DNA of 62,768 nt, filler included. It is 6 parts of 6 records of this genome, joined end to end, with 100 filler letters (N's around TTAATTAATTAA, not from the genome) between each part and the next. Parts side by side here need not be neighbours in the genome. Positions count along the whole stretch, not along the records: positions 45,972 to 54,790 come from SRR20825010_4200; positions 54,891 to 59,022 come from SRR20825010_4201; 4 more parts are not named here. One strand, 5' to 3'. The position numbers and the translations under genes were made by a program. Shown here piece by piece: positions 46,442-56,752 of this stretch; position 1 is the first letter of the stretch; every line of letters starts with the position of its first letter. A model generated the notes under the pieces. It made no database searches. It had not been told where the DNA came from and saw only the letters and a program-made list of their open reading frames with translations.

Positions 46442-46984
46442 TTAATTCCTGAAGTTGGAATTACAACTCGTTATACTTTTGGCACCATTTAAGTAGGCTT
46501 CATTTTGATCGGCATTGAGCCCAATGTTTGTTGAACCAAGAATTTCATTCTCCAATGGCCCAGAAGTTTCGAAATGAATTTTAACGCTACCGTCAAAACC
46601 CAAAAGGTTGCTGTAATTAATCACTGTGTTGTCATCAAGTGACTCCAAAATGGTAACACTCTTACCAACTCCATTCACCTCTTTCAATGTGGTTAAATAT
46701 GTGGCCACATCACCATTGTCGTTAAGGCTACCAAAGTGCAGGTGAACTGGATGTTCAGCTCCCGAAATCACATCGTTCAACGTGATTTCTAATTGAGCTT
46801 TTCCATCATTTCGCTCTCTGATTTTCAATGTGCCAGAAGTTGTGTTTCCCTCAACAGAACCTGGGATTAAAGCCATTTCCATCTCATTTCCTGTAAATTC
46901 TGAAAGTTCATTTCCAGCATCGCTACAAGAACCAATGATAAGTGTAAAGAATAAAACTAAACTCGGTAGGAATGCTTTTTTCAT
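46442..46984 (-). CDS. Hypothetical lipoprotein, CHRD-like
   Basis: Lipobox IIGSC and GAEHPVHLHFG motif. Start at MKKAFL. Confidence 0.6.
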   Translation of the reverse strand: MKKAFLPSLVLFFTLIIGSCSDAGNELSEFTGNEMEMALIPGSVEGNTTSGTLKIRERNDGKAQLEITLNDVISGAEHPVHLHFGSLNDNGDVATYLTTLKEVNGVGKSVTILESLDDNTVINYSNLLGFDGSVKIHFETSGPLENEILGSTNIGLNADQNEAYLNGAKSITSCNSNFRN

Positions 46985-47065
46985 AATCCTTATTTTTGAA
47001 CCACTAATCTCAACGACCAATGACTGCTTTTGGTCTTTAATTAAGCAAGAATTTTGACATATAGT

Positions 47066-48034
47066 TCAAAAACCGATCGCTTTCTTTGCTCTAGCAAGTA
47101 CTTCTCTAGCCACTTCTCTAGCTTTCTCTTCACCCAATTCTAACTTCTTATTTAGCTCATCCAAGTTGGTCATATAGTAGTTGAATACTTCTCTTTCCTT
47201 GGCATACTTTTCTAAAATTAGTTCGTAAAGGGCAAGTTTGGCATGTCCATAGCCATAATTCCCACCTTCATAATTGGCTCTCATCTCTTGATTTTGAGCT
47301 TCAGAAGCGATTAATGAATAAATAGCAAATGTATTGTCAGTATCAGGGTTTTTAGGAGCTTCTAATGGAGCACTGTCCGTGATAATCTGCATTATATTTT
47401 TCTTAAGCGCTTTGTCGCTCTGAAAGATATTAATGGTGTTTCCGTAAGACTTACTCATTTTTTGACCATCTGTACCGGGAACGGTCATTACCTTCTCGTT
47501 AATCTTGGCTTCTGGAATTTTAAATATTTCTCCGTACTGATTATTGAAAGTATTGGCCATATCACGGGCCATTTCAAGGTGTTGCCTTTGGTCTTTACCA
47601 ACAGGGACATAGGCCGCATCGTAGAGTAAAATATCGCAGGCCATTAATACCGGATAAGTAAAAAGCCCCGCGTTTACATCTGAAAGACGGTCAGATTTAT
47701 CTTTGAATGAATGCGCATTTGCCAACATCGGGTAGGGAGTAAGGCAGCTCAAATACCATGTTAATTCACAAACCTCAGGAATTCTAGATTGACGGTAGAA
47801 AGTATTTTTATCCGTATCAAAACCAAATGCCAACCAAGCGGCAGCTACCGCATTGGTATTATCTATTCTTGTTTGAGGGTCTTTAATTGTGGTAAGCGAG
47901 TGTAAATCAGCGATAAAGAAGAAAGAATCGTTTTTAGGATTCTTAGATAATTCGATTGCTGGTATAATTGCTCCCAATAAATTCCCTAAATGTGGTTTGC
48001 CCGAACTTTGTATGCCAGTTAGTATTCTTGCCAT
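47066..48034 (-). CDS. trpS: Tryptophan--tRNA ligase
   Basis: TGIQSSG.PHLGN (HIGH), YPVLMACDIL, VPVGKDQ.QH and KMSKS motifs. Confidence 0.97.
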   Translation of the reverse strand: MARILTGIQSSGKPHLGNLLGAIIPAIELSKNPKNDSFFFIADLHSLTTIKDPQTRIDNTNAVAAAWLAFGFDTDKNTFYRQSRIPEVCELTWYLSCLTPYPMLANAHSFKDKSDRLSDVNAGLFTYPVLMACDILLYDAAYVPVGKDQRQHLEMARDMANTFNNQYGEIFKIPEAKINEKVMTVPGTDGQKMSKSYGNTINIFQSDKALKKNIMQIITDSAPLEAPKNPDTDNTFAIYSLIASEAQNQEMRANYEGGNYGYGHAKLALYELILEKYAKEREVFNYYMTNLDELNKKLELGEEKAREVAREVLARAKKAIGF

Positions 48035-48146
48035 GAATTTAATATTTGTCACAAATAAATGATTATTGACTGGTCGATTCAAGCATTGGCTTGTTATTTT
48101 TGCTCTTCAACATATATTAAAAATACATTCCTGTCGTCATTAGCTT

Positions 48147-49181
48147 ATGAGTAAATTCTTCCGCCTCCTTTTTTTGATTTGCATTCCTACTTTAGCTTTT
48201 GCTCAAAAGCCTGAGGTGATTGAAGTTGGTGTGATTGATGGCGAGGTGGGGACATTCTACTTTAGCTTTCCGTGGGAGAATACTTCTGAAGATACTGTTA
48301 CGATTAGTTTTTGGTCTGGAGAAGAAAGATTGAGGATGGAGAAGGAGAGTATTAAAGTGGATCCGAAAAAAACTGTAGCGGTTCCCTTTACTATAACTAC
48401 TGACGGCCATGTTGGTGGGTTTAGAATAGGAGTGAGGGTGTTGGCTTCAACAGAAATTATTCTAAAGGAATATATTGTGGTGGGTAGAATTCTTGCCCCC
48501 GTAATCGATGTATTCAAGGCGTATAGGAATATTTTTTGGCCATTTCGATCGAAGTATCAAATCGTCAATTTTAAATCTGGCTTTATAGGAGATGAACTGA
48601 ATGCTGAAATGATATTATACAATTTTGGAGGAGCGTCATTGGATTTAACGGAGGCTAATATTTCGGCTTATTATGACGTGAAGTTTCAACCTACAGAAAT
48701 TGCACATAACAGTTTTACTAAAATGAGCATTGTTTTAAAGACGGATTCATTGCTTAGTCCTGGATTCGTAAAGGAGATTGTTCAAGTAAAGGATAAGAAT
48801 GATTCATTGGTGTTCTCCATTCCAGTACAGTTTACGCTTGAACAGAAACCATCTGAAGTCAATGCGGACTCACCTTATTTGGCAATAAGTGATTTGGATC
48901 ATGACTTCAAGGTGATGGCACCTAATACAAAAAAGTCTGTAACGATTACCCTTTCCAATAGAGGGAGTCAGTCTTTGGACCTGTTTAAGATTGAAAGTAA
49001 CTGCTCGTGTTTGAAGTATAATCTCAATAGGGCCGCAATAGCATCAGGTGAATCCATAGAGATGGAAGTTACTTTTGATGCCACTGACAGATTAGGCTAT
49101 GAAAGAAAAACCTTAGCCATTTTCAGTAACGACCCTAGAAAACCTACGGCAGTAATTACTTTTAGGTCTCATGTGAAATAG
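48147..49181 (+). CDS. DUF1573 (Ig-like) domain protein
   Basis: Signal peptide, three Ig-like repeats, HDF...N.G...L...IESNCSC and SNDP motifs. Confidence 0.75.
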   Translation: MSKFFRLLFLICIPTLAFAQKPEVIEVGVIDGEVGTFYFSFPWENTSEDTVTISFWSGEERLRMEKESIKVDPKKTVAVPFTITTDGHVGGFRIGVRVLASTEIILKEYIVVGRILAPVIDVFKAYRNIFWPFRSKYQIVNFKSGFIGDELNAEMILYNFGGASLDLTEANISAYYDVKFQPTEIAHNSFTKMSIVLKTDSLLSPGFVKEIVQVKDKNDSLVFSIPVQFTLEQKPSEVNADSPYLAISDLDHDFKVMAPNTKKSVTITLSNRGSQSLDLFKIESNCSCLKYNLNRAAIASGESIEMEVTFDATDRLGYERKTLAIFSNDPRKPTAVITFRSHVK

Positions 49182-49186
49182 CCTGC

Positions 49187-49972
49187 TTATTGGATGATTT
49201 TATTCATCAATTCAACAAGCTTTTCATCGTTCTTAATTGCGTCTTTTAGAGCGTTTGCAAGGTAGTCGGGCACCTTTTCTCCTTTTTTTAGTTTTGATGA
49301 GAAGTCAGAAAACATCTCTAAAACCTCGACTTTGTCCTCTACTTGTTTTGACGTCCGCAAAGTATTCTCAAAGTCCTGCAATAAGACTTCTTTAGTTTCT
49401 GAAATTTTAGAAGCCGTAGATTTATAATAAGATACAGTTTCCTGCTGAGTCGAGTTTTTTAAGGCAATGCATCCATTATAATCCAATATAATTTGATCTA
49501 CATCACCTCTCTTAAGTTCTTTCTCTTCAATTTTGTTAGAAACTTCTTTACAGTCCGATAAGTAATCCGTCATGAGATTTCTAAAGCCCATAATTCCTGG
49601 TAAGGCAAAGGCAGCTCCACCGAACTTCTGTAACGCCATCATGCCGAAGTCATCCATTCTGTTTGAAGTAGAGTACTTATAAACACTTAAATAATCTTCA
49701 CTAACCACTAAAGCAAAGCGATATTGCTCTCCAATTTTCATTGGTTTAATCAATCCAAATTCAGGCATTGAAATATTCTGAATATCAAATAGCTTAACAG
49801 TTTCTTTGTCTTTTCCATTTTTCACAATAGCATAAGGCATTCCATCTGAATCGGATAGTAGCTGAACATCTCCAGTCATTGTTTCCCCTGAGAGTTTTGT
49901 GAGAATATCTTGGCCCATGGCCGAGAAAGAAAAAAGAAGTAAAAGAGTGAAAATAGTTATGTGTCGTTTCAT
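49187..49972 (-). CDS. Hypothetical secreted protein
   Basis: Signal peptide; YLSDC..V..KI...DYNGC pattern common in Bacteroidota hypotheticals. Confidence 0.7.
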   Translation of the reverse strand: MKRHITIFTLLLLFSFSAMGQDILTKLSGETMTGDVQLLSDSDGMPYAIVKNGKDKETVKLFDIQNISMPEFGLIKPMKIGEQYRFALVVSEDYLSVYKYSTSNRMDDFGMMALQKFGGAAFALPGIMGFRNLMTDYLSDCKEVSNKIEEKELKRGDVDQIILDYNGCIALKNSTQQETVSYYKSTASKISETKEVLLQDFENTLRTSKQVEDKVEVLEMFSDFSSKLKKGEKVPDYLANALKDAIKNDEKLVELMNKIIQ

Positions 49973-50093
49973 ATAGTTCTATTGAGTTTGCGAAGGTAGG
50001 GCATATTTTTTTTTAATTCCACAGAATTGATGCAGCTTAATGCAAAGGGTGTAACCATTTTCATTATTTTAACGCCAGAAACCAATTCGGATT

Positions 50094-50993
50094 ATGAGCG
50101 AATTTTTAATAACAGATGAATCTGTTCACAATAAATTAACCCAGGACCAAATGCTTGATAATCGAGATTTCTCGAACATCAAGAATGGTGCCGACCTAGA
50201 GCGTTTGCTTAAAGAAAAAGGGAGGGATTATTCAAAAGCATTGTATAACCTTGAATATGAAGAGCAGCTGGAAAAGCTGCAGGTTGAGTTGGTGAAGCTC
50301 CAACATTGGATAGCAGAAACCAACCAAAGGGTAGCTATAATTTTTGAGGGGCGTGATGCCGCAGGAAAGGGCGGGACAATCAAACGATTTACGGAACACC
50401 TTAACCCGCGATCCATGCGTGTTGTTGCTTTGAACAAGCCTACGGATATGGAAAAAGGGCAGTGGTATTTTAGAAGATACATTAAGGAGCTTCCTTATGC
50501 GGGGGAAATGGTATTCTTCGATCGGAGTTGGTATAATAGGGCAGTAGTGGAGCCTGTTATGGGGTTCTGTGACGAAGAGCAATACCAACGCTTTATGCGT
50601 CAGGTGCCAGAATTTGAGCACATGCTTTTTGAAGATGGTGTGCATATTATAAAGTTTTGGTTTTCTATTGGTAAGGATGAACAAGTAAAACGCTTCAATG
50701 ACAGAAGGGCTAATCCGCTAAAGCAATGGAAATTAAGCCCTGTGGATGAGAAAGGGCAAGAGATGTGGCAAAAATATACTTATTATAAAGAGCAGATGTT
50801 TGCCCAAACACATAACAGTTTTAGCCCTTGGATAATTATTAAAACCAATACCAAGAAACAAGCACGACTAGAAAGTATACGACACGTACTTTCTAAGTTC
50901 GAGTACCCTGGGAAAAAGGAAGCGGATATCGTTGTATTACCCGATCCTAATGTAGTAATGAGGTTTCACCGTTCAATTTATCATTTGTTGTAA
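50094..50993 (+). CDS. ppk2: Polyphosphate kinase 2 (copy 1)
   Basis: FEGRDAAGKGG (Walker A), FDRSWYNR (Walker B) and WKLSPVD motifs. Confidence 0.95.
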   Translation: MSEFLITDESVHNKLTQDQMLDNRDFSNIKNGADLERLLKEKGRDYSKALYNLEYEEQLEKLQVELVKLQHWIAETNQRVAIIFEGRDAAGKGGTIKRFTEHLNPRSMRVVALNKPTDMEKGQWYFRRYIKELPYAGEMVFFDRSWYNRAVVEPVMGFCDEEQYQRFMRQVPEFEHMLFEDGVHIIKFWFSIGKDEQVKRFNDRRANPLKQWKLSPVDEKGQEMWQKYTYYKEQMFAQTHNSFSPWIIIKTNTKKQARLESIRHVLSKFEYPGKKEADIVVLPDPNVVMRFHRSIYHLL

Positions 50994-51775
50994 TGTCTGA
51001 CTTAAAATACAATTTTACGGATAAGGAGCTGAAGCTCTTGAATAGCAATAAGGCCATCAAGCTTTTATTGAAAGACAAGAGCAATGTTAATCCCGAAAAG
51101 GTGCTGCGCTATGTTAAATATGAAAAACGCCTTGAAGAATTTCAGGTAGAGCTTATCAAACTTCAGCAATGGGCGATTAATGAAGGGAAGCGAATTTGTT
51201 TGTTGTTCGAAGGAAGAGATTCAGCTGGAAAAGGCGGTGCCATTAGACGGGTAACTCATCATTTGAACCCTAGGAATTATAGAGTAGTGGCTTTGCCAAA
51301 ACCTACTGAAGAAGAGAAAGGACAATGGTATTTTCAACGTTACATCACGCGTTTACCAAACCCAGGAGAGATTGTTTTCTTCGATCGTAGTTGGTACAAT
51401 AGGGCGGTTGTAGAACCCGTAAATGGCTTTTGTACTAATGAGGAGTACGAACGTTTTATGAAGGAGGTCAATAATTTTGAAACTATGTTGACCAATGATG
51501 GAATCATTCTTTTGAAGTTCTATTTTTCGATTACAAAAAAGGAGCAAGCTTCGAGGTTCAAAGACATTATGGAAAATCCATTGAAGCGCTGGAAAATGTC
51601 GCCAGTAGATGAAATGGCGCAGGAGTTATGGGATGATTACACAAAATATAGGGTGAGAATGTTTGCAGAAACCAATACTAAAAGCAACCCTTGGATTGTG
51701 CTGAAGGCCAATAAAAAGACCTCAGCAAGAATTCAGGTCATCAGGCATATTCTGGAAAAAGTACCTTATAAGTAA
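50993..51775 (+). CDS. ppk2: Polyphosphate kinase 2 (copy 2)
   Basis: FEGRDSAGKGG, FDRSWYNR and WKMSPVD motifs; TAATG overlap with copy 1. Confidence 0.95.
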   Translation: MSDLKYNFTDKELKLLNSNKAIKLLLKDKSNVNPEKVLRYVKYEKRLEEFQVELIKLQQWAINEGKRICLLFEGRDSAGKGGAIRRVTHHLNPRNYRVVALPKPTEEEKGQWYFQRYITRLPNPGEIVFFDRSWYNRAVVEPVNGFCTNEEYERFMKEVNNFETMLTNDGIILLKFYFSITKKEQASRFKDIMENPLKRWKMSPVDEMAQELWDDYTKYRVRMFAETNTKSNPWIVLKANKKTSARIQVIRHILEKVPYK

Positions 51776-51794
51776 CTGGCGAGGGGGAGTTTGC

Positions 51795-52991
51795 TTACTT
51801 GAGGTGGTATGAAATCATCACCAAAGGATCGTCTGTGTTGAACTGTTTAGCGAAATCTAAAAAGGCTTGCTCTTTTTCATTGAACTGGCTTTTTTCTTTT
51901 TGCAATTTATTGGCCTTCGCAAGAACGTTTTCGGAATCAAAGACCATAATGATATCACGATTATATAGTGCATGCGCCCAGTAAGGAGGGATGCCTCCAT
52001 CTACATCATTTTCAGCGCCAGTTTTTAAGACAATTTTATCTCCATTCTCAATATCATAAATCAAATGGTGACTACCACTTTTCGAAAACTGTGTTATTAA
52101 GAGGTTGGCGTTCCCTTGTAAGCTCGGGGTGTGATAAGCTTTATCCTTGTTCTTATTCATGTAGCCAATGTAGTCGCCATATGGGGAATTAGGTTCAAAC
52201 ATTTCAGGAGGTAAAGCGTCAGGAGAAAAATCAAGGATAAATTCTGGAACAAAATTCACTTCATGTTGTCTATAGATTGTGTCATTAAAATATGTGCTAT
52301 AATAAGTCTTGCCTCCTATGTTTTTCAAAATAGTTCTCTCCTTGAAAGAGTGTGGTTTTTTTCCATTATGAATTTCTAGCTGACAGTCTGCTTTTTTGGT
52401 CTCCAAATTATATTGAACCACTTCACAAGGCTTTCCATTTTCACCTAGTTCGTTTGGTATTTTACCCGTCTGAAATAAATAATTGCCCTCAACTTTGGTA
52501 AATGCTTGAGCCACAAAAGGTAGTTTCTCACTTTTCTCAAAAACACCATTCTCATTAAAAAACACCAATCTTCCTCTAGCATCTAACACTTCAATCTTGC
52601 CCTTGACTACTAAAAAATCTTGAACTTCTAAGTATTGATCAGGCCCTTGCCCCGGTTTAGTAATGGCAAATTGAAAGCTGCCATTTAAATCATAAACCGA
52701 GAGTGATCGACCCGAGTAATAGTCAAAAATATAAATCAATTCATCTTCAATTAAAACCTTATCAATTCTATAGGCACGGTGATCTGGGTGGTCTTTTAGT
52801 GCGGTATAAGTGATGTTATCAACCACATCCGACAGTTTGCTTGGTTTAATTTCGTCAATAGCAATCACCTCAACATCTTCCGAAGTAGATACGGAACTCT
52901 GTTTGCCAGAATTGGCGCCACAGGATGAAGTAAGAAAAATAATTGTGATGATTAATCCTGAAACTAGAAGTGCTTCCTTGGTTGATTTCAT
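51795..52991 (-). CDS. 6-bladed beta-propeller lipoprotein (Bacteroidota DUF5128-like)
   Basis: Lipobox LTSSC, KLSDVVDNITYTAL, GQGPDQY, NDVDGG and C-terminal DDPLVM motifs. Confidence 0.8.
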   Translation of the reverse strand: MKSTKEALLVSGLIITIIFLTSSCGANSGKQSSVSTSEDVEVIAIDEIKPSKLSDVVDNITYTALKDHPDHRAYRIDKVLIEDELIYIFDYYSGRSLSVYDLNGSFQFAITKPGQGPDQYLEVQDFLVVKGKIEVLDARGRLVFFNENGVFEKSEKLPFVAQAFTKVEGNYLFQTGKIPNELGENGKPCEVVQYNLETKKADCQLEIHNGKKPHSFKERTILKNIGGKTYYSTYFNDTIYRQHEVNFVPEFILDFSPDALPPEMFEPNSPYGDYIGYMNKNKDKAYHTPSLQGNANLLITQFSKSGSHHLIYDIENGDKIVLKTGAENDVDGGIPPYWAHALYNRDIIMVFDSENVLAKANKLQKEKSQFNEKEQAFLDFAKQFNTDDPLVMISYHLK

Positions 52992-53136
52992 AAATATAAA
53001 CTTAACAAATATATTTTGTGTTCTACCCAAATCAGTGCAGCTCTCCATGTTGTGGGGCAATAGGTTTGTTGATGTTTTGAATCTAAATTTGCAGGAGATA
53101 AAAGAACAATCACTTTAGAGATAAATACTCTACGCT

Positions 53137-54714
53137 ATGCAAAAGACCATTAAAACCACGCTTCGTCCCGAAGAAGCCTTCACTCCAGAATTATTTGAGG
53201 CCATCATCCTAAAAAGGGCCAATATAACCAATCCTAAAAGTGCCAAAGTTAGGCCGCTAAAACGCTCCATCGATGCACGTTCACGTAATGTGAAAGTCAA
53301 TATTGAAGCGCAAGTGTACATCAACGAAGAGCTTCCGCCTGTAATTTCCTACAAAAAAGATTATCCAGTGGTCACCAATGCCGAACCCGTCATTATTGTC
53401 GGTTTTGGTCCTGCGGGAATGTTTGCTGCTTTGCGTTTGATCGAATTGGGTTATAAACCCATTGTCATTGAACGAGGCAGCGATGTACAGAAAAGAAGAC
53501 GCGATCTTGCTGCCATCAACAAAGAGCATATGGTAAATCCTGAATCCAATTATTGTTTTGGAGAAGGGGGAGCAGGTACTTTTTCTGACGGTAAGCTATA
53601 TACCCGTTCAAAAAAGCGTGGCGACATTCTCAGAACCCTAGAAATTTTAGTGGCGCATGGCGCTACGGAAGGTATATTGGTGGATGCGCACCCACATATT
53701 GGCACCAATAAACTACCCAAAGTAGTTCAGGAAATCAGACAAAGCATTTTAGATGCTGGTGGAGTTATTCAGTTTGATACCAAAGTGGCTGATTTCATTA
53801 TCAAGGAAAAAAGAATGACAGGGGTGGTTTTGACAGACGGCTCTAAAGTAGAAGGATTGGGCGTTATTCTGGCTACTGGTCATTCAGCAAGAGATATTTT
53901 CCATTTACTACAGAAGAATGAGGTATTGATTGAAGCCAAACCTTTCGCTTTGGGCGTAAGAATTGAGCATCCGCAATCGCTGATCGATAAAATTCAATAC
54001 CATTGCGATACGGACCGAGGTGAGTTTTTGCCAGCATCATCTTACGCACTTGTTCATCAGACGTACCATGAGGGCAAACAAAGAGGTGTATTTAGCTTCT
54101 GCATGTGCCCAGGAGGCTTTATTGTACCTGCGGCTACTGCTCCAGGTGAAATCGTAGTGAATGGAATGAGTCCTTCAAGACGAGATTCAGCCTTCGCCAA
54201 TTCTGGAATTGTTTCGGCAGTTGAATTGGAAGACCTTACCGCATACTCCAAGTTTGGAGCTTTGGCTGGCATGGAGTTTCAAAGAGAAATCGAACAACAC
54301 GCTTGCCAGATTGCTGGAGGTACTCAAGCGGCTCCTGCTCAGCGCATGACGGACTTTGTCAATGGCAGGGTTTCACCTTCCTTAAACGACACTTCCTATC
54401 AGCCGGGATTAATGTCTGTGGATATGCGTGAAGTGTTGCCAGAGTCGATTCACTTGAGATTGAGAGACGCTTTTAAAGGCTACGCCAAGAAAATGAAGGG
54501 CTATTACACCAATGAGGCGCAAATAGTAGGCATAGAGAGCAGAACTTCTTCACCTGTTAGAATTCCTCGTGATAATGACACTTTAGAGCATGTAGAAATC
54601 AAAGGCTTATTCCCTTGCGGGGAAGGCGCTGGTTTTGCTGGAGGTATTGTTTCTGCTGCCATGGATGGTGAGAAATGTGCCGAAGGCTTAATTGCCAGTT
54701 TGAAAAGGAAGTAA
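53137..54714 (+). CDS. NAD(P)/FAD-dependent oxidoreductase (HI0933-related)
   Basis: IVGFGPAG, FGEGGAGTFSDGKL, PHIGT, FCMCPGG and PCGEGAG.AGGI motifs. Confidence 0.9.
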   Translation: MQKTIKTTLRPEEAFTPELFEAIILKRANITNPKSAKVRPLKRSIDARSRNVKVNIEAQVYINEELPPVISYKKDYPVVTNAEPVIIVGFGPAGMFAALRLIELGYKPIVIERGSDVQKRRRDLAAINKEHMVNPESNYCFGEGGAGTFSDGKLYTRSKKRGDILRTLEILVAHGATEGILVDAHPHIGTNKLPKVVQEIRQSILDAGGVIQFDTKVADFIIKEKRMTGVVLTDGSKVEGLGVILATGHSARDIFHLLQKNEVLIEAKPFALGVRIEHPQSLIDKIQYHCDTDRGEFLPASSYALVHQTYHEGKQRGVFSFCMCPGGFIVPAATAPGEIVVNGMSPSRRDSAFANSGIVSAVELEDLTAYSKFGALAGMEFQREIEQHACQIAGGTQAAPAQRMTDFVNGRVSPSLNDTSYQPGLMSVDMREVLPESIHLRLRDAFKGYAKKMKGYYTNEAQIVGIESRTSSPVRIPRDNDTLEHVEIKGLFPCGEGAGFAGGIVSAAMDGEKCAEGLIASLKRK

Positions 54715-54760
54715 AAGGTACTGAACACTCCGTACTTCTTTCCGTCTGTTCAAGCCCATC

Positions 54761-54790
54761 AGACCTGTCAGGTTTCAAAAACCTGACAGG
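54761..54790. repeat. Bacteroidota REP-like palindrome, truncated at the contig end
   Basis: CCTGTCAGGTTT-CAA-AAACCTGACAGG perfect 12-bp stem. Confidence 0.7.
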
Positions 54791-54890
54791 NNNNNNNNNN
54801 NNNNNNNNNNNNNNNNNNNNNNNNNNNNNNNNNNTTAATTAATTAANNNNNNNNNNNNNNNNNNNNNNNNNNNNNNNNNNNNNNNNNNNN
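54791..54890. other. Artificial contig linker
   Basis: 44 N + TTAATTAATTAA + 44 N. Confidence 0.97.
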
Positions 54891-54937
54891 TCAGTTTGAC
54901 AACTATAAATTACTTTTTAGGCAGCTTTTTGTTAATT

Positions 54938-55038
54938 AACTGCTTCGAGGCAAGACCACTAGATATTCAAAGGAAATAAATTCAACTCATTTCGATGTAG
55001 AATCCTTCGGGGAATTAAACCCTCTATGAGGGATTAAA
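54938..55038 (+). repeat. ~100-nt dispersed structured repeat (MITE-like), copy 1
   Basis: AACTGCTTCGAGGCA...AAATAAA..AACTCATTTCGATGTAGA...GGAATTAAACCCTCTATGAGGGATTAAA. Confidence 0.65.
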
Positions 55039-55040
55039 AA

Positions 55041-55931
55041 CTAAGCTTTATGGATTTCAATGGTATAACTAGCCTTAAACTCTTTTTTTGGTACTAAGCT
55101 AATAATACCTTCTTTTTGCTTGAAATTGCCATTTGTGTCTTCATGATCCGTAATTCCAAGCCAAGGTTCTATACATACAAAATTCCCATTGGGCTTCGCC
55201 CAAATTCCTACATAATCAAAATCAGAAAAAGAAACTGTAAGTACTTTTCCTTTAACTTGATGCGCTAAACTAATTTTTTTAGACCTTAAATCTTTATATA
55301 TGAGCGCGTCCTCTGTAAAAAGTTTATGGGAGAGCGGTAATAAATTTGTATGTATTAAGCTAGTAGCTGTTTTTCCATTTTGTAAACCATTATTATTAAT
55401 TAAATGGCGAGAACTATTCTCTATTTTTTCGAATTGCAACACATAATCTTCATATTTTTCATCTTCTTGGAGCGGACATTTAAATGCAGGATGTCCTCCT
55501 AAAGAAAACAACATATTATTAGTTCCATGGTTTACTACTTTATGAGAGACGTTTAGATTTTTATCATCTAAAGAAAAACTTATAGAGAACTCAAATTTAA
55601 AAGGATAGTTTTTAAGGGTCTCGTGGTTATAAGTATACTCAAATGTAACACTATCTTCTTTATGATAAATAATATGTAGGGCGTTATTGTGCCTAATAAA
55701 TCCATGTTTTGGAACACTATACTCTTTTCCTTCATAATAAAAAACAGCGTCTTTTAAAGCACCAATTATTGGAAAAAGTACTGGAGCAGAACTTCCCCAA
55801 ATATCTGGGTTAGCTTGCCATATAAATTCCTGATTTTCATTGTTTTTAATACTGCAAAGCTCAGCGCCAGTTTTTGTGATTTCAATTTGAAGAAACTTGT
55901 TTTTTATAGCTACTTTTTCAGAATTTTTCAT
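55041..55931 (-). CDS. Aldose 1-epimerase family protein (LacX-like)
   Basis: GAELCSI, APVLFPIIG, KHGFIR, GGHPAF and FVCIEPW motifs. Confidence 0.92.
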   Translation of the reverse strand: MKNSEKVAIKNKFLQIEITKTGAELCSIKNNENQEFIWQANPDIWGSSAPVLFPIIGALKDAVFYYEGKEYSVPKHGFIRHNNALHIIYHKEDSVTFEYTYNHETLKNYPFKFEFSISFSLDDKNLNVSHKVVNHGTNNMLFSLGGHPAFKCPLQEDEKYEDYVLQFEKIENSSRHLINNNGLQNGKTATSLIHTNLLPLSHKLFTEDALIYKDLRSKKISLAHQVKGKVLTVSFSDFDYVGIWAKPNGNFVCIEPWLGITDHEDTNGNFKQKEGIISLVPKKEFKASYTIEIHKA

Positions 55932-56040
55932 TGTAATACTGCAAATAATATTTTCTTCTTAAAAGTACAAATTCTAATTCACTATCTTAAAAAAGATTAT
56001 TACCTTGTTATGAATATTGATCCTATAACTATTTTGTTTG

Positions 56041-56580
56041 ATGAAAAAAATAATTGCATTTGCTGGAAGTAATTCTTCAAATTCTATTAATTACGAACTC
56101 GTAAAATATACAGTTTCTTTGATAGATGACCATGACATACAATTATTGAATATGGCTAATATGCCCTTTCCAATGTTTAGTGAAGACGACGAACGTGAGT
56201 TTGGTTATAAAAACTCATTAATAGAATTGAAGGAAGATATTTTGGAATCTGATGGCGTAATTATTAGTGTAAATGAACATAATAGTAATGTGTCGTCTTA
56301 TTTTAAAAATCTAATCGATTGGCTTTCGCGTGTGGAGCGTAAATTTCTACTAGATAAACCAGTTTTTTTAATGGGGACATCACCAGGAACAAGGGGAGCT
56401 ATCTCTGCAATAACAAATACAGAACAAACCTTACCAAGGTTTGGTGCAAAGATTGACAATGTGTTTTCTTTACCTCTTTTTAGTGAGAATTTTTCTATAA
56501 AGAAAGGAGTTATTATTAACGATGAATTAAAGCAAAAGCACTTAGAACACTTAAATAATTTTCTTAGTAAATTACCATAG
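56041..56580 (+). CDS. NADPH-dependent FMN reductase
   Basis: IAFAGSNSSNSIN, EHN...FKNLIDWLSR and TSPG.RGA motifs. Confidence 0.9.
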   Translation: MKKIIAFAGSNSSNSINYELVKYTVSLIDDHDIQLLNMANMPFPMFSEDDEREFGYKNSLIELKEDILESDGVIISVNEHNSNVSSYFKNLIDWLSRVERKFLLDKPVFLMGTSPGTRGAISAITNTEQTLPRFGAKIDNVFSLPLFSENFSIKKGVIINDELKQKHLEHLNNFLSKLP

Positions 56581-56620
56581 CCTTATAACTAGTTCACTAG
56601 GGATTTAAGAGAAATTTGAA

Positions 56621-56651
56621 AAACCTGCTGAAGAAAACCTTCTGCAGGTTT
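56621..56651. terminator. Hairpin between convergent genes (probable bidirectional terminator)
   Basis: AAACCTGC-T-GAAG...CTTC-T-GCAGGTTT. Confidence 0.55.
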
Positions 56652-56752
56652 AGACATACTTTGAAGCATTCAAATCTATATTATCGAAGATATAATGCTA
56701 AGAATTTCTACTGAAAATAATTGTTGTGAAAATTTCTTTTACTTCTAACGGA

